A stretch of 64,000 bases of DNA, from contig JAXMKZ010000029.1 of the NCBI GenBank assembly GCA_034370385.1, positions 64,088 to 128,087 on the forward strand, read 5' to 3'. How positions within the stretch are numbered: the first letter of the stretch is position 1; each line of letters begins with the position of its first letter. Shown here piece after piece: positions 9,777 to 19,375 of this stretch. The position numbers were made by a program, and so were the translations under genes. The notes under the pieces are model-generated. The model was not told the DNA's origin and did no database searches. It saw nothing but the letters and a program-made list of their open reading frames with translations. Source of the stretch: Coriobacteriia bacterium (GTDB lineage: Bacteria > Actinomycetota > Coriobacteriia > Anaerosomatales > PHET01).

Positions 9777-9886
9777 GTGCGGCCCCTGCGGAATCGGCGC
9801 GGCGTTCGCTCTTGAGCAGGGATACCCGAGGCGCTGGGTGGTAGATTCCCCTGTGGACGGAATGCGACCCTTCGGAAGGAACGCCG

Positions 9887-10669
9887 GTGACGGACGCTTC
9901 GAGTGAATCGACACTGATCCGACTCGTCGATGTCGTGAAGACCTACGACACCGGCGGGGTGGCGTTCACGGCGCTCAAGGGCGTGAACCTGGAGGTGGGC
10001 CGCGGAGAGTTCGTCGGTCTCATCGGCAAGTCGGGTTCCGGCAAGACCACCCTCATCAATATGATCACCGGGATAGACCACCCGACGTCGGGCAACATCT
10101 TCGTCGAGGACACTCCCGTCCACGGTCTGAGCGAGAACGCGCTTGCCGTATGGCGCGGCAGGTCCATCGGCGTCGTCTTCCAGTTCTTCCAGCTGCTGCC
10201 CACGCTCACCGTGATCGAGAACATCATGCTGCCGATGGACTTCTGCGGCGTACACCGCGTCGACGACCGCCCGAAAGTGGCGCTTGAACTGCTCGAGCAG
10301 GTCGAGATGGCCGACCAGGCGTACAAGTTGCCCTCGGCGCTTTCCGGCGGGCAGCAGCAGCGCGTCGCAGTCGCGCGCGCTCTGGCCAACGATCCGCCGA
10401 TCATCGCGGCCGACGAGCCCACCGGGAACCTGGACTCCAAGACCGCTGACGCCGTCTTCACGCTGTTCGAGCAGCTCGTGGCACGCGGCAAGACGATCGT
10501 CATGGTCACCCACGACAACGACCTGGCCAGCCGCGTCACGCGCGCCCTGCACGTGGCCGACGGTGAGATCGTGGAGGACCGGCGCCGCTGGCTGGAAGAG
10601 GAGCTTGCCGAAGAAGCTGCGGCTGCCGCCGGTCGCAGCGCCGGGGCCGACTCCGCGGGCCGGGGCTAG
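9887..10669 (+). CDS. ABC transporter ATP-binding protein (MacB/LolD-FtsE-like)
   Basis: Walker [10 protein letters not shown], the signature [15 protein letters not shown] and Walker [13 protein letters not shown] are all present. Confidence 0.9.
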   Translation: MTDASSESTLIRLVDVVKTYDTGGVAFTALKGVNLEVGRGEFVGLIGKSGSGKTTLINMITGIDHPTSGNIFVEDTPVHGLSENALAVWRGRSIGVVFQFFQLLPTLTVIENIMLPMDFCGVHRVDDRPKVALELLEQVEMADQAYKLPSALSGGQQQRVAVARALANDPPIIAADEPTGNLDSKTADAVFTLFEQLVARGKTIVMVTHDNDLASRVTRALHVADGEIVEDRRRWLEEELAEEAAAAAGRSAGADSAGRG

Positions 10670-10674
10670 CTCGC

Positions 10675-13077
10675 ATGATCTCCCCGCGCTGGCACAAGGT
10701 CGCCCGCGACCTCACAAGTCACAAGATCCGCACCGCACTCGTCGTCTTGTCGATTGCGGTCGGGGTGTTCGCGATAGCGGTCGTGATGGGCGGGCGCGAG
10801 ATTCTGCTGCGCGAGTTCGACGTCGACTTCGAGGCGAGCATCCCGCCGTCGGCACAGTTCGACACGACCGGGTTCGACGCCAAGCTCCCCGCTAACATCG
10901 CCGATCGTGAGGATGTCCGTGATGCCGAGGGGCGGCGCCGCGTGACGGTGCGCTACTCGACCGCCTCAATCGAGGAGACGGCGACCACCGAGGGGTGGGA
11001 GACGCTGCGGCTGTGGGCGATTCCTCAGTTCGGGCGCGGCGGGGTGCAGAAGCTCGTTCGCGAGGAGTACGCCGCGTGGCCGCCCCGGCCAGGCGGTGTC
11101 ATCCTCGAGAAGAGCGCGCTGCAGATCGAAGACATCAGCGTAGGCGACATCATCAATGTCGAGACCTCGGCGGGGAAGCGCGGCAAGCTCAGGGTTGAGG
11201 GGTTCGCCCACGACATCAACGTCGTGCCGGCCCAGTTCCAAGACGCATTGACGGGTTTTGTCTCGATGGAGACGTTGGCGGTGCTGGGCGAACCGGATGC
11301 GCTCAATCACCTCTCGATCGTCCTCGATCCGACGGTGTCGAGGTCGGCTGCCAGTCGTATCGCCGCCGACATCCGTGACACCGATCTCACCGCAGCGGGC
11401 GTCAACACCTTGCGGCTTGAGGTGCCCGAACCGGGAAGCCACTTCCTGGGCGACATCTTCAAGGCCGTTTCGTTGCTCCTGCTTGCACTGGGCATCATGG
11501 CGCTTGCGCTCTCGGGCTTTCTCGTCGTCACCACGGTTCAGGCGATCCTCGCGCAGCAGGTGCGCCAAGTCGGCATCATGAAGGCGGTGGGAGGCCGGCA
11601 CGTCCAGATCGCATGGATGTATCTCGCTCTGGTCGCCGCGTACGGGGTGCTGGCTGTCGCGATAGGGCTTCCGCTGGGGCTGTGGGCCGGCGCTTGGTTC
11701 GCCGAGTACGCAGCGGGGATCATGAACTTCCGTCTGGCGAGCGATTCGCCCCCGGCGTGGGTCTTTGGCTTGGTGCTCTTCGTCGGTCTTGTCGTGCCGG
11801 TCCTGGCCGCCGCGTTCCCTATTCACAAGGGGACGACGCTCCCTGTGGCGCGCGCGCTCGACCCGGCGGGCAGTGGCACGCGCTTCGGCACCGGGATCAT
11901 CGACCGCGCGCTCGGGTTGCTCCGGGGGCTTCCTCGCCCGGTCGCGCTCTCGCTGCGCAACACGTTCGTCCGAAAAGGGCGGCTGGCGCTCACCCTGACA
12001 ACGCTGGTTCTGGCGTCGGCGGTGGTGATGGGCGTCGTGACCGTGCGCGCGTCCATGCTCCAGACCGTCGAGGACATGGGGGCGTGGTGGCGCTACGACG
12101 CACAGGTGTTCATGGCGCGCCCTCAGCGGCAGGCGGACCTCGAAAGCGAGGCGGCCAAGGTGACCGACGTGGATGCGGTGGAGACGTGGTTCGACTCTCA
12201 GGTCTCGCTCACGCGACCCGACGGCTCCGAGAACCAGGAGACCTACGCGCTGGGTGTTCCGGTCGACACCGAGTTCATCACGCCGGTTCTGGTCGCCGGG
12301 CGCTGGCTTGAGCCCGGTGGCGCGGATGAGGTCGTCGTCAATACCGACGTGCTGAAAGACGAACCCTACCTGAGCGTGGGCGACATCATGTACGTGACGG
12401 TTCGTGGAGCCGAACGGCGCTGGCGAATCGTCGGGGTGGTCACGGGGCAGCTTATGGGTTCGGTGATGTTCATCGACCGTGAGGTCCTCCAGGAAGCGAC
12501 CGGAGCGGAAGGCTTCGTCACGCGGCTGCTGGTGCAGACGCCTGCCTCAGACCCCGACTCGCAGGTGCGCACCTCACGGGAGCTCGAACGGCGCCTTGAC
12601 GAAGCCGGACTGACGATATCGGGCTCTCAGACGCAGGAGGCGCAGAAACAGACGATCGCCAATCAGTTGGGCATCCTCGTCACGTTCCTCGTCATCATGG
12701 CGGTCATCCTCGCGGCCGTCGGGGTCATCGGGCTCACGGGCACGATGACGATCAACGTGCTCGAGTCGACGCGCGAGATCGGGGTCATGCGCTCGATCGG
12801 TGCGAGCCACGCCTCGATCTTCGGCATCTACATCACCGAGGGGGTCGTCGTCGGGCTGATGGCGTGGGGCTTGGGTGCCCTATTGTCGTGGCCGCTGTCG
12901 GTGTGGCTCGTTGATGCGCTGGGTACGGCCATGGGGCTGCCGCTCTCGTACGCGTACTCGTGGTGGGGCGTCGGGATGTGGCTGGTGCTGGTCGTGTTGA
13001 TCGCCGCCGTGGCGAGTCTGCTGCCTGCCTGGCGCGCAAGCATGGTCTCGATTCGCGACGCGATCGCTTACGAGTAG
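10675..13077 (+). CDS. ABC transporter permease with two FtsX/MacB-type modules
   Basis: 800 aa. Twice it shows an N-terminal TM helix, a large extracytoplasmic domain and three TM helices, with the FtsX-type signatures GIMKAVGG and GVMRSIGA. Confidence 0.85.
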   Translation: MISPRWHKVARDLTSHKIRTALVVLSIAVGVFAIAVVMGGREILLREFDVDFEASIPPSAQFDTTGFDAKLPANIADREDVRDAEGRRRVTVRYSTASIEETATTEGWETLRLWAIPQFGRGGVQKLVREEYAAWPPRPGGVILEKSALQIEDISVGDIINVETSAGKRGKLRVEGFAHDINVVPAQFQDALTGFVSMETLAVLGEPDALNHLSIVLDPTVSRSAASRIAADIRDTDLTAAGVNTLRLEVPEPGSHFLGDIFKAVSLLLLALGIMALALSGFLVVTTVQAILAQQVRQVGIMKAVGGRHVQIAWMYLALVAAYGVLAVAIGLPLGLWAGAWFAEYAAGIMNFRLASDSPPAWVFGLVLFVGLVVPVLAAAFPIHKGTTLPVARALDPAGSGTRFGTGIIDRALGLLRGLPRPVALSLRNTFVRKGRLALTLTTLVLASAVVMGVVTVRASMLQTVEDMGAWWRYDAQVFMARPQRQADLESEAAKVTDVDAVETWFDSQVSLTRPDGSENQETYALGVPVDTEFITPVLVAGRWLEPGGADEVVVNTDVLKDEPYLSVGDIMYVTVRGAERRWRIVGVVTGQLMGSVMFIDREVLQEATGAEGFVTRLLVQTPASDPDSQVRTSRELERRLDEAGLTISGSQTQEAQKQTIANQLGILVTFLVIMAVILAAVGVIGLTGTMTINVLESTREIGVMRSIGASHASIFGIYITEGVVVGLMAWGLGALLSWPLSVWLVDALGTAMGLPLSYAYSWWGVGMWLVLVVLIAAVASLLPAWRASMVSIRDAIAYE

Positions 13078-13164
13078 GGCGCTGACATGTCGGCTTCGGC
13101 ACGTACACTGAAGAGGATGCGCGGCCATTGCGCCGCGGCCGCAATCACCACCGAGGGAGAGCGC

Positions 13165-14253
13165 ATGTCCTACCCGCTACTGATGAGACTGCCGGGCACG
13201 AGCGGGATGCCGCGCCTGGCCCTGTGCGATCTTCCCACGCCGCTCGAGCCGCTCGAGCTCGACACGCGTGCCCGCATGCTTCGCGTGAAGCGCGACGACG
13301 CTTCCGCACGCGCATACGGCGGCAACAAGGCGCGCAAGCTGGAGTTGCTCCTGGGTGAGGCGCTCGCGCAGAAGCGGCGCGCCGTGATCACCTTCGGTGC
13401 TTACGGCTCCAATCATGCGCTGGCGACGGCGGTGCACGCGTCCGCGGCCGGGATCGAGCCGCACGTCGTGCTGTCGCCGCAGGCGCCGGGGCCATTCGCC
13501 GCCCGCACGCTGCGGGCCCACGCCGGCCTCGGTACCCACATCCATGCCATCGAGGGGTGGGACGGCTCCCGCGAGGCCGTGCGCGTCCGCCGGGAACTCG
13601 CCGAGCGCGATGGCGTCGAGCCGTACGTGATCCCGATGGGCGGCACGAACGCGCTCGGAGCCATCGCGTACGTGAACGCAGCACTTGAGCTGGCCGCGCA
13701 GGCGCAGGCAACGGGCGAAGGGCTACCCGACCGCGTGTACCTCGCAGGCGGAACCATCGGCACCGCCATCGGGCTGGCCATCGGATTCTCCCTGCTCGAG
13801 GCGCCCACGCGCGTCGAGGCGGTGCGCGTCACGCCGGGCGAGGTCTGCAACCTCGAGAGTGCCCGGACGCTCACCATCGCGACGGTCGACAGGCTGCGGT
13901 CCTTGGATTCGGGCATGCCGGACGTCGCGTTCGAGGATCTGCGATTCGCCTTGCGGGAGGAGTTCTTCGAGCCCGGGTACGGCGTGCCGACCACACAGAG
14001 CGTCGAGGCGGTGCGGGTTGCGACTGAGGCCGGCATCCCCGCCGAGACCACCTACACGGGCAAGGCGCTCGCGGCGCTTCTCGCCGACTCGGTGTCAGGT
14101 GCGCTCGATGACGCCGACGTCTTGTTCTGGGACACCTACAACTCAAGCCCCCTGCCGCCTGCGGGGCGCGATGAGGACCTGCCCGGCGTGCTGCAGGAGT
14201 ACGTCGTCGAGTGCGACCGTCTGTTCGCAAGCGAGAAGGGGCCCACCACATGA
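13165..14253 (+). CDS. PLP-dependent D-cysteine desulfhydrase / ACC deaminase family enzyme
   Basis: Uses the internal ATG at 13165 with a GAGGGAGAG RBS. The family motif YGGNKARKLELLLGEA, which carries the PLP lysine, is present. The substrate is not inferable from sequence. Confidence 0.8.
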   Translation: MSYPLLMRLPGTSGMPRLALCDLPTPLEPLELDTRARMLRVKRDDASARAYGGNKARKLELLLGEALAQKRRAVITFGAYGSNHALATAVHASAAGIEPHVVLSPQAPGPFAARTLRAHAGLGTHIHAIEGWDGSREAVRVRRELAERDGVEPYVIPMGGTNALGAIAYVNAALELAAQAQATGEGLPDRVYLAGGTIGTAIGLAIGFSLLEAPTRVEAVRVTPGEVCNLESARTLTIATVDRLRSLDSGMPDVAFEDLRFALREEFFEPGYGVPTTQSVEAVRVATEAGIPAETTYTGKALAALLADSVSGALDDADVLFWDTYNSSPLPPAGRDEDLPGVLQEYVVECDRLFASEKGPTT

Positions 14254-15275
14254 GCTGGCGAGGATTCGGCAGTGACAACCACTCGGGAGCCCACCCCGAG
14301 GTGCTCGCCGCCATGGTGGCGGCCAACGAGGGCCACGCTCACGCGTACGGAGACGATCCGGTGACTGCACGGGCGATTGCTGTTCTGAAGCGCCACCTCG
14401 GCGACGAGTGCGATGTCGCCTTCACGTTCAACGGCACCGGAGCAAACTGTGTGTGCCTCGCGACGGTGTGTCGGCCGTGGCACTCGGTCATCTGTGCCCA
14501 GTCAGCCCACATCAACTGCGATGAGGCAGCGGCGCCCGAGCGGCTGGCTGGTGTGAAGCTGATCCCCGTCGCCACGCCCGACGGCAAGCTGACACCGCAC
14601 CTGGTGGAGCCCCACCTGTCCACTCTGGGTTTCGAGCACGCCGCCCAGCCGCGCGTCATCAGCGTGAGCAACGTGAGCGAGTTCGGTACCGTGTACTCGC
14701 CCGACGAGCTGTCAGCGCTCGCCGACCTGGCGCACGCACACGGGCTGCTTCTGCACGTCGATGGCGCGCGGCTGGCCAACGCGGCAGCAGCCCTGGGTTG
14801 CGGGCTTGCCGACATCACGTCCAAGGCAGGTGTGGATCTGCTCTCGCTCGGAGGCACGAAGAACGGGCTCGTCTTCGGCGAGGCGGTGGTGGTCTTCGGA
14901 GACGCTCGGACGCGCGACGTGGTCTTCACGCGCAAACAGCTCTCTCAGCTTGCGAGCAAGATGCGCTTCGCCGCCGCGCAGTTCGAGGCGCTCTTCTCCG
15001 GGGATCTGTGGCTCGTGTCAGCGCGCCACGCCAACTCGATGGCCACACGACTGGCCGAGGGCGCGCGCCGCGCGGGAGTCGAGCTCAGCCAGCAACCGCA
15101 GGCCAACGAGGTGTTCGCGCTCCTAGAACATGGTCGTGCGCTGACGCTGGCGGAGCGCTTCCACTTCTACACGTGGCGCGAGAACGCGAGGCCCGGGGTC
15201 GACGAGGTCCGCTGGGTCACGTCGTGGGACACAGCTGCCGAAGACGTCGATGCGCTTGTCGGAGCACTCGGCTGA
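14250..15275 (+). CDS. ltaE: low-specificity threonine aldolase / beta-eliminating lyase family protein
   Basis: ATG 14250 overlaps the upstream stop (ATGA). Family motifs are present: FGSDNHSGAHPEVL..., FNGTGANC, LSLGGTKNG (PLP Lys). Confidence 0.8.
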   Translation: MSWRGFGSDNHSGAHPEVLAAMVAANEGHAHAYGDDPVTARAIAVLKRHLGDECDVAFTFNGTGANCVCLATVCRPWHSVICAQSAHINCDEAAAPERLAGVKLIPVATPDGKLTPHLVEPHLSTLGFEHAAQPRVISVSNVSEFGTVYSPDELSALADLAHAHGLLLHVDGARLANAAAALGCGLADITSKAGVDLLSLGGTKNGLVFGEAVVVFGDARTRDVVFTRKQLSQLASKMRFAAAQFEALFSGDLWLVSARHANSMATRLAEGARRAGVELSQQPQANEVFALLEHGRALTLAERFHFYTWRENARPGVDEVRWVTSWDTAAEDVDALVGALG

Positions 15276-15296
15276 GGGCGAGCGCGTGTGAGCCGC

Positions 15297-16217
15297 TCAG
15301 TCTTCGAGTCCACCCGACTCGAAGACGACGATCGTCGCGTCGATGACGGTCGGGTCGAAACTGGTTCCGGACAGGGCCTCGACGTCCATGATGGCCTGCG
15401 GCGCGGTCAGCCCCTGCCCGTAGGGCGTGGGTGCCATAGCGCGATCGAGTGCGTCAGCCACCGCGAGCACCCGGGAGCCAAGCGGAATCGCTTCGCCCGT
15501 CTGCCCGTGCGCGCCCTCACCGTCGAAACGCTCGTTGTAGCTCTCGATCAGCGGTACGACATCCCGCAGCAGGCCACCGGACGCCTGGAAGCGCTTGGCC
15601 ATGAGGAGCCCCGGACCTTCGTGGGAGCCGGAATCCGTCTGGGCTGCTTTGCGCAGGACGTCGATGCTGACGTCGGCCTTCTGGATGTCATGCAGCAACC
15701 CCGCTACCCGGATGTTCTCGATCTGGTCCACCGGCAGGTTCATCGCCACGCCGATGCGTGCGGCAAGCCGGGCGACGCGCACCGAGTGGTTGTCGGCGTA
15801 GTGGTCGACCGCGTCGATGAGCTCGGACAGGATGTCGACGAGCCCCTCGTACGCCTGTCGTAGGTCGGATGCGGCGGTTGCCTTTGCCTCATACAGCGTG
15901 CCCACGACGTAGGCCGTCACGATAAGGAAGGCGCCCCACAGGAAGAGGGCGACCCCCGGCGTCTGGTCTGGATCGGGGATGAACACCGTCGGGTTGATGA
16001 CGGCGTAGATGCCGACCATGAGGACGGCCAGTGTCGCGACCATCACTCCCTGGCGGCGGCCAAGGAAGTACGACGCGACCAGCACGGGAATCTGGAAGAA
16101 CGCGAGGAATGCGAGTTTGTGCTCGGCAACCAGGATCGCGAAGACCGTGGCTCCTACGAGGACGAGCAGGAGCAGAAGCTCGAGTTCCGGACGCCGGTTA
16201 CCATCGCTGTCGCGCAC
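15297..16217 (-). CDS. membrane-anchored HD-domain protein, degenerate HD-GYP
   Basis: The N-terminal about 110 aa is hydrophobic (4 helices). The HD region carries HSVRVARLA and LLHDIQK. The position of HHExxDGxGYP reads SYNERFDGEGAHG. Confidence 0.7.
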   Translation of the reverse strand: MRDSDGNRRPELELLLLLVLVGATVFAILVAEHKLAFLAFFQIPVLVASYFLGRRQGVMVATLAVLMVGIYAVINPTVFIPDPDQTPGVALFLWGAFLIVTAYVVGTLYEAKATAASDLRQAYEGLVDILSELIDAVDHYADNHSVRVARLAARIGVAMNLPVDQIENIRVAGLLHDIQKADVSIDVLRKAAQTDSGSHEGPGLLMAKRFQASGGLLRDVVPLIESYNERFDGEGAHGQTGEAIPLGSRVLAVADALDRAMAPTPYGQGLTAPQAIMDVEALSGTSFDPTVIDATIVVFESGGLED

Positions 16218-16283
16218 GGATTGAGCCTTCCCTGGCAGGGATACGGACGCGCATCATTCTACGGCAATCGCGCCGCGCAGTGC

Positions 16284-16313
16284 AGGGGTTGCCCGCCTGT
16301 GCGGGCAACCCCT
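16284..16313. other. perfect GC-rich hairpin in a divergent intergenic region
   Basis: AGGGGTTGCCCGC-CTGT-GCGGGCAACCCCT forms a 13-bp perfect stem with a 4-nt loop. No U-tract is present on either strand. Confidence 0.6.
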
Positions 16314-16394
16314 ACGTGCTGTGCACCATAAGCGCGGCGAACGCCGGCCATCTGCGAAGGGCTGAAGTACTTCTTCCGGCACACCGATCGGCGC

Positions 16395-16544
16395 ATGAGG
16401 ATGATGTCGGCGCTCCTGGAGCAAGGCCGGGAGGCCGGTGTGATCATGACGCTTCTGGCTGAGGAGGCCGCACGCACCGGGCGCAACGATCCGTGCCCGT
16501 GCGGGAGCGGCCAGAAGTTCAAGGCGTGCTGCCAAGACCGGTGA
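16395..16544 (+). CDS. small SEC-C metal-binding-motif protein (below the ORF-track size cut-off)
   Basis: My own translation gives MRMMSALLEQGREAGVIMTLLAEEAARTGRNDPCPCGSGQKFKACCQDR*. The C-terminal NDPCPCGSGxKFKxCC is the SEC-C motif. The start is uncertain (ATG at 16395, 16401, 16404 or 16446). Confidence 0.5.
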   Translation: MRMMSALLEQGREAGVIMTLLAEEAARTGRNDPCPCGSGQKFKACCQDR

Positions 16545-16570
16545 GAGCGGTGGCCCGGGTCGGCCGAGGC

Positions 16571-17761
16571 CTACCTGGCCCGCGCCACCACCTTGCTGAC
16601 GGTGCCCGAGGCGTAGTCACAGACGTAGAGCTCGCCCGCCTCGTCCTCGCCGAACGAAGAGGGCTGCCCGGCGTCGTCCACGAGGCGAACGGGCGTGCGC
16701 GGCCCGGCGTCCGACCCCTCAGGCATCGCAGCGAGCGCGCCGATCCAGCCCGCCTCGAAGTCGGCGAACACGTAGGCGCCCGTCAGCCCCGGGGACTCGG
16801 AGCCCCGGTACACGTAGCCGCCGGTGATCGAGCGGCCTTCGTCATGGCCGTACTCAGCAACCGGGAACACGAATCCCTTGCGCGAAGGGTTCGAGCCCTC
16901 GGGGTAGGGATGTGAACCCTCCCACAGGTTCCAGCCGAGATTCGCGCCGTCGATGGAGCCCGCCTGCAGCAGGTGCACTTCCTCCCAGGCGTTCTGGCCC
17001 ACGTCCGCGATCCACAGATCGCCGGTCGACCGGTCGAAGCTGAAGCGCCACGGGTTGCGAACGCCGGTGATGGCGATGCGTGGCTTGGACCCCGGCTTCG
17101 AAACGTCGAGCGTCAGCATCTTGCCCAGCAGACTCTTGGGGTTCTGCGCACGGTCCTCGGGATCGCCGCCGCTGCCGCCATCGCCCATCCCGATCCACAG
17201 CAGGCCGTCCTCGTCGAAAGCTATACAGCCGCCGTTGTGGTTGGAGTACGGCTGCTCGATCCGAAGGAGCGTGGCGGGCGTCGCCAGCTTGGGGGTGAGC
17301 GCTGCCGGGTCCATGGCCCGGTAGCTGGCCACGACCGTCGCGCCGTCGCGGTCGGTGTAGTTCACGTAGAAGTCGCCCGAACTCGCGTAGTCCGGCGAGA
17401 ACGCCAGACCCAGCAGTCCGCGCTCGCCCCCATCGGAGATGAGCTCGCTCACGTCGAGGAAGGGGGCGATTCCGGCCCCTTTCGGTGCGATCACGCGAAT
17501 GGAGCCGCTCTGTTCGACCACGTAGAGACGGCCGGATCCGTCGCCGGCGTGGGTCACGAAGACGGGCCGATCGAAACCCTCGGCCACCGGCTGCAAAGAG
17601 ACCTCGACGTCAGTGAGCGAGACCGGCGCACTCGTCGGGACGCTTGCTGGGGGAGGCGTCGGTGACGGCGGTTGGAGCACCCGAGGTTCGGCTCGACTGC
17701 AACCCGCAAGCGCCACCGATGCGCAGACGAGCAGTGGCACCACGATGCGTCTGATGTCCAT
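16571..17761 (-). CDS. PQQ-dependent sugar (glucose/sorbosone) dehydrogenase-like lipoprotein
   Basis: The lipobox is LAGC. Beta-propeller family motifs are present: PYSNHNGGCIAFDEDGLLWIGMGDGGSGGDP and GVRNPWRFSFD. Confidence 0.85.
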   Translation of the reverse strand: MDIRRIVVPLLVCASVALAGCSRAEPRVLQPPSPTPPPASVPTSAPVSLTDVEVSLQPVAEGFDRPVFVTHAGDGSGRLYVVEQSGSIRVIAPKGAGIAPFLDVSELISDGGERGLLGLAFSPDYASSGDFYVNYTDRDGATVVASYRAMDPAALTPKLATPATLLRIEQPYSNHNGGCIAFDEDGLLWIGMGDGGSGGDPEDRAQNPKSLLGKMLTLDVSKPGSKPRIAITGVRNPWRFSFDRSTGDLWIADVGQNAWEEVHLLQAGSIDGANLGWNLWEGSHPYPEGSNPSRKGFVFPVAEYGHDEGRSITGGYVYRGSESPGLTGAYVFADFEAGWIGALAAMPEGSDAGPRTPVRLVDDAGQPSSFGEDEAGELYVCDYASGTVSKVVARAR

Positions 17762-17872
17762 CAGGCTCCCTTCTCGATGGCGGCGAAGACGTCGCCCGGT
17801 GGCTGCTGTCGGTCAAGGACCGCGTCGAACGCCCGCGGTCAGACGCCTGACTCCCGTCGGTCGCACGCAGCT

Positions 17873-19375
17873 CTACAGGTACTGCCACACGTCGTCGACG
17901 CCCGCATCAGCGGCGGGTACGCACTCGTCGATGGTTCGCAGCGGCTGACCTGTCTGCACGTCGATCACACGCAGATCGAGCACTTCGGGCGTCTCGTTCC
18001 ATCGTCCGCTCGCGTCGGCGAGCACCTTCACGCGTGGGTGCAGCAGGTCATCGTTGTTGACCCGGTAGACGACGGCCGTCGAGGCGTCGTCAAGGATGAC
18101 CACCGCTCCCATCGGATAGATGCCGAGCATCGCCACGAGGGACTTGGTGACGCCCGGGTCGTAGGCTTTGCCGCGGCCCTGCATGAGCACGGCGAGTGCC
18201 TTGTCGGGCCGAATCTCGCGCCGGAAGGGGCGCATCGTGGTCATCGCGTCGTAGGCATCACAGACGGCGACGATCTTTGAGAACAGGTGTTGTTCGCCAC
18301 CGGATGCCACTTCGGGGTACCCCATGAGGTCGTGACGCTGATGGTGCTCGAAGGCGACGATCATCGCCAGCTTGTCGGCAAGTTGGATGCTCTTGAGCAG
18401 GTCGGCACCCTCTTCAGAGTGCCGCTTCACGATCTGCCACTCCTGCGCCGTGAGCGGTCCGGCCTTGAGCAGCACTTCGCCCGGGATGCGTACCTTGCCG
18501 ATGTCGTAGAGCAAGGCTGCGAGGCCAAGACTGCGCAGGTCTTCCGCGGACAGCCCCAAAGCCGATCCCAGCGAGAGCGAGAGTATGCACACGTTGATCG
18601 AGTGGTTGAGCGTGTAGTCGTCATGGCCCTTGATGGCCGTCAGGCCCAGCACGGCGGCCGGATCCCTCAGCAGGTTGTCGAGCAACCCGCCTACGACCTG
18701 CTGCAATCCGCCGATCTCGACCACCCGTCCGAGCTTGGCCTGCGCCTCGATCTCGCGCATCGCGTTGAGCCCCGAGTCGTAGCTCTCGCGAGCCCGGGCG
18801 CGGACCTCGCGGTTATGCTCCTCGTCACCACTCTCATCGAGGGTGCTCGTCTCGGCGACCGTAACGGCGGTCACTCCGCGGGCCTCGAGGTACGAGCGGG
18901 CGGCCTCGATCTCGGTCACCCGCACCTCCCCGAGCAGGTCCAACACCGCCGCAGCCTCGCTTGGCTTGATAGCAGGCAAGAAGGTGGCCGCTGAGATTCC
19001 TCGGGCCAAGAACTCGTCAATCAGCTTGCGGTAGGTGACGCTCTCCTCCGGGAACACCTGATTCTCGACGAAGAGGGTGTTCTTGTAGATGTTCAGTGTG
19101 AGGTGCTCGAATCCGTGACGGGAAAGTGCCTGCAGGGCCGCGACGAACTCCTCAAGTGACGCCGCGACCGAGGGATGCGTGGTCGGGTAGAGCGCCGCGT
19201 TGGTATGTGCCACAGCGAGGGTGCGGACAAGGTCACGGGCGAGCGAGAGCTTCTCGGGCGTGGCGAAGGGCGCCTGGACCGCGACCATCCGCGGCTCTTC
19301 GATGGCCTCTTGCGCGATTGCCTCCGGACTGGCGAGAGGACCTTCGTTCTCTGGGCGGTACGGTGCGTCAGTCAC
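17873..19375 (-). CDS. HD-GYP domain protein (putative c-di-GMP phosphodiesterase) with N-terminal sensor-like region
   Basis: Canonical HD motifs are present (YTLNHSINV, LLYDIGK) together with HHQRHDLMGYP. GTG 19375 overlaps the upstream gene's stop (GTGA). Confidence 0.85.
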   Translation of the reverse strand: MTDAPYRPENEGPLASPEAIAQEAIEEPRMVAVQAPFATPEKLSLARDLVRTLAVAHTNAALYPTTHPSVAASLEEFVAALQALSRHGFEHLTLNIYKNTLFVENQVFPEESVTYRKLIDEFLARGISAATFLPAIKPSEAAAVLDLLGEVRVTEIEAARSYLEARGVTAVTVAETSTLDESGDEEHNREVRARARESYDSGLNAMREIEAQAKLGRVVEIGGLQQVVGGLLDNLLRDPAAVLGLTAIKGHDDYTLNHSINVCILSLSLGSALGLSAEDLRSLGLAALLYDIGKVRIPGEVLLKAGPLTAQEWQIVKRHSEEGADLLKSIQLADKLAMIVAFEHHQRHDLMGYPEVASGGEQHLFSKIVAVCDAYDAMTTMRPFRREIRPDKALAVLMQGRGKAYDPGVTKSLVAMLGIYPMGAVVILDDASTAVVYRVNNDDLLHPRVKVLADASGRWNETPEVLDLRVIDVQTGQPLRTIDECVPAADAGVDDVWQYL

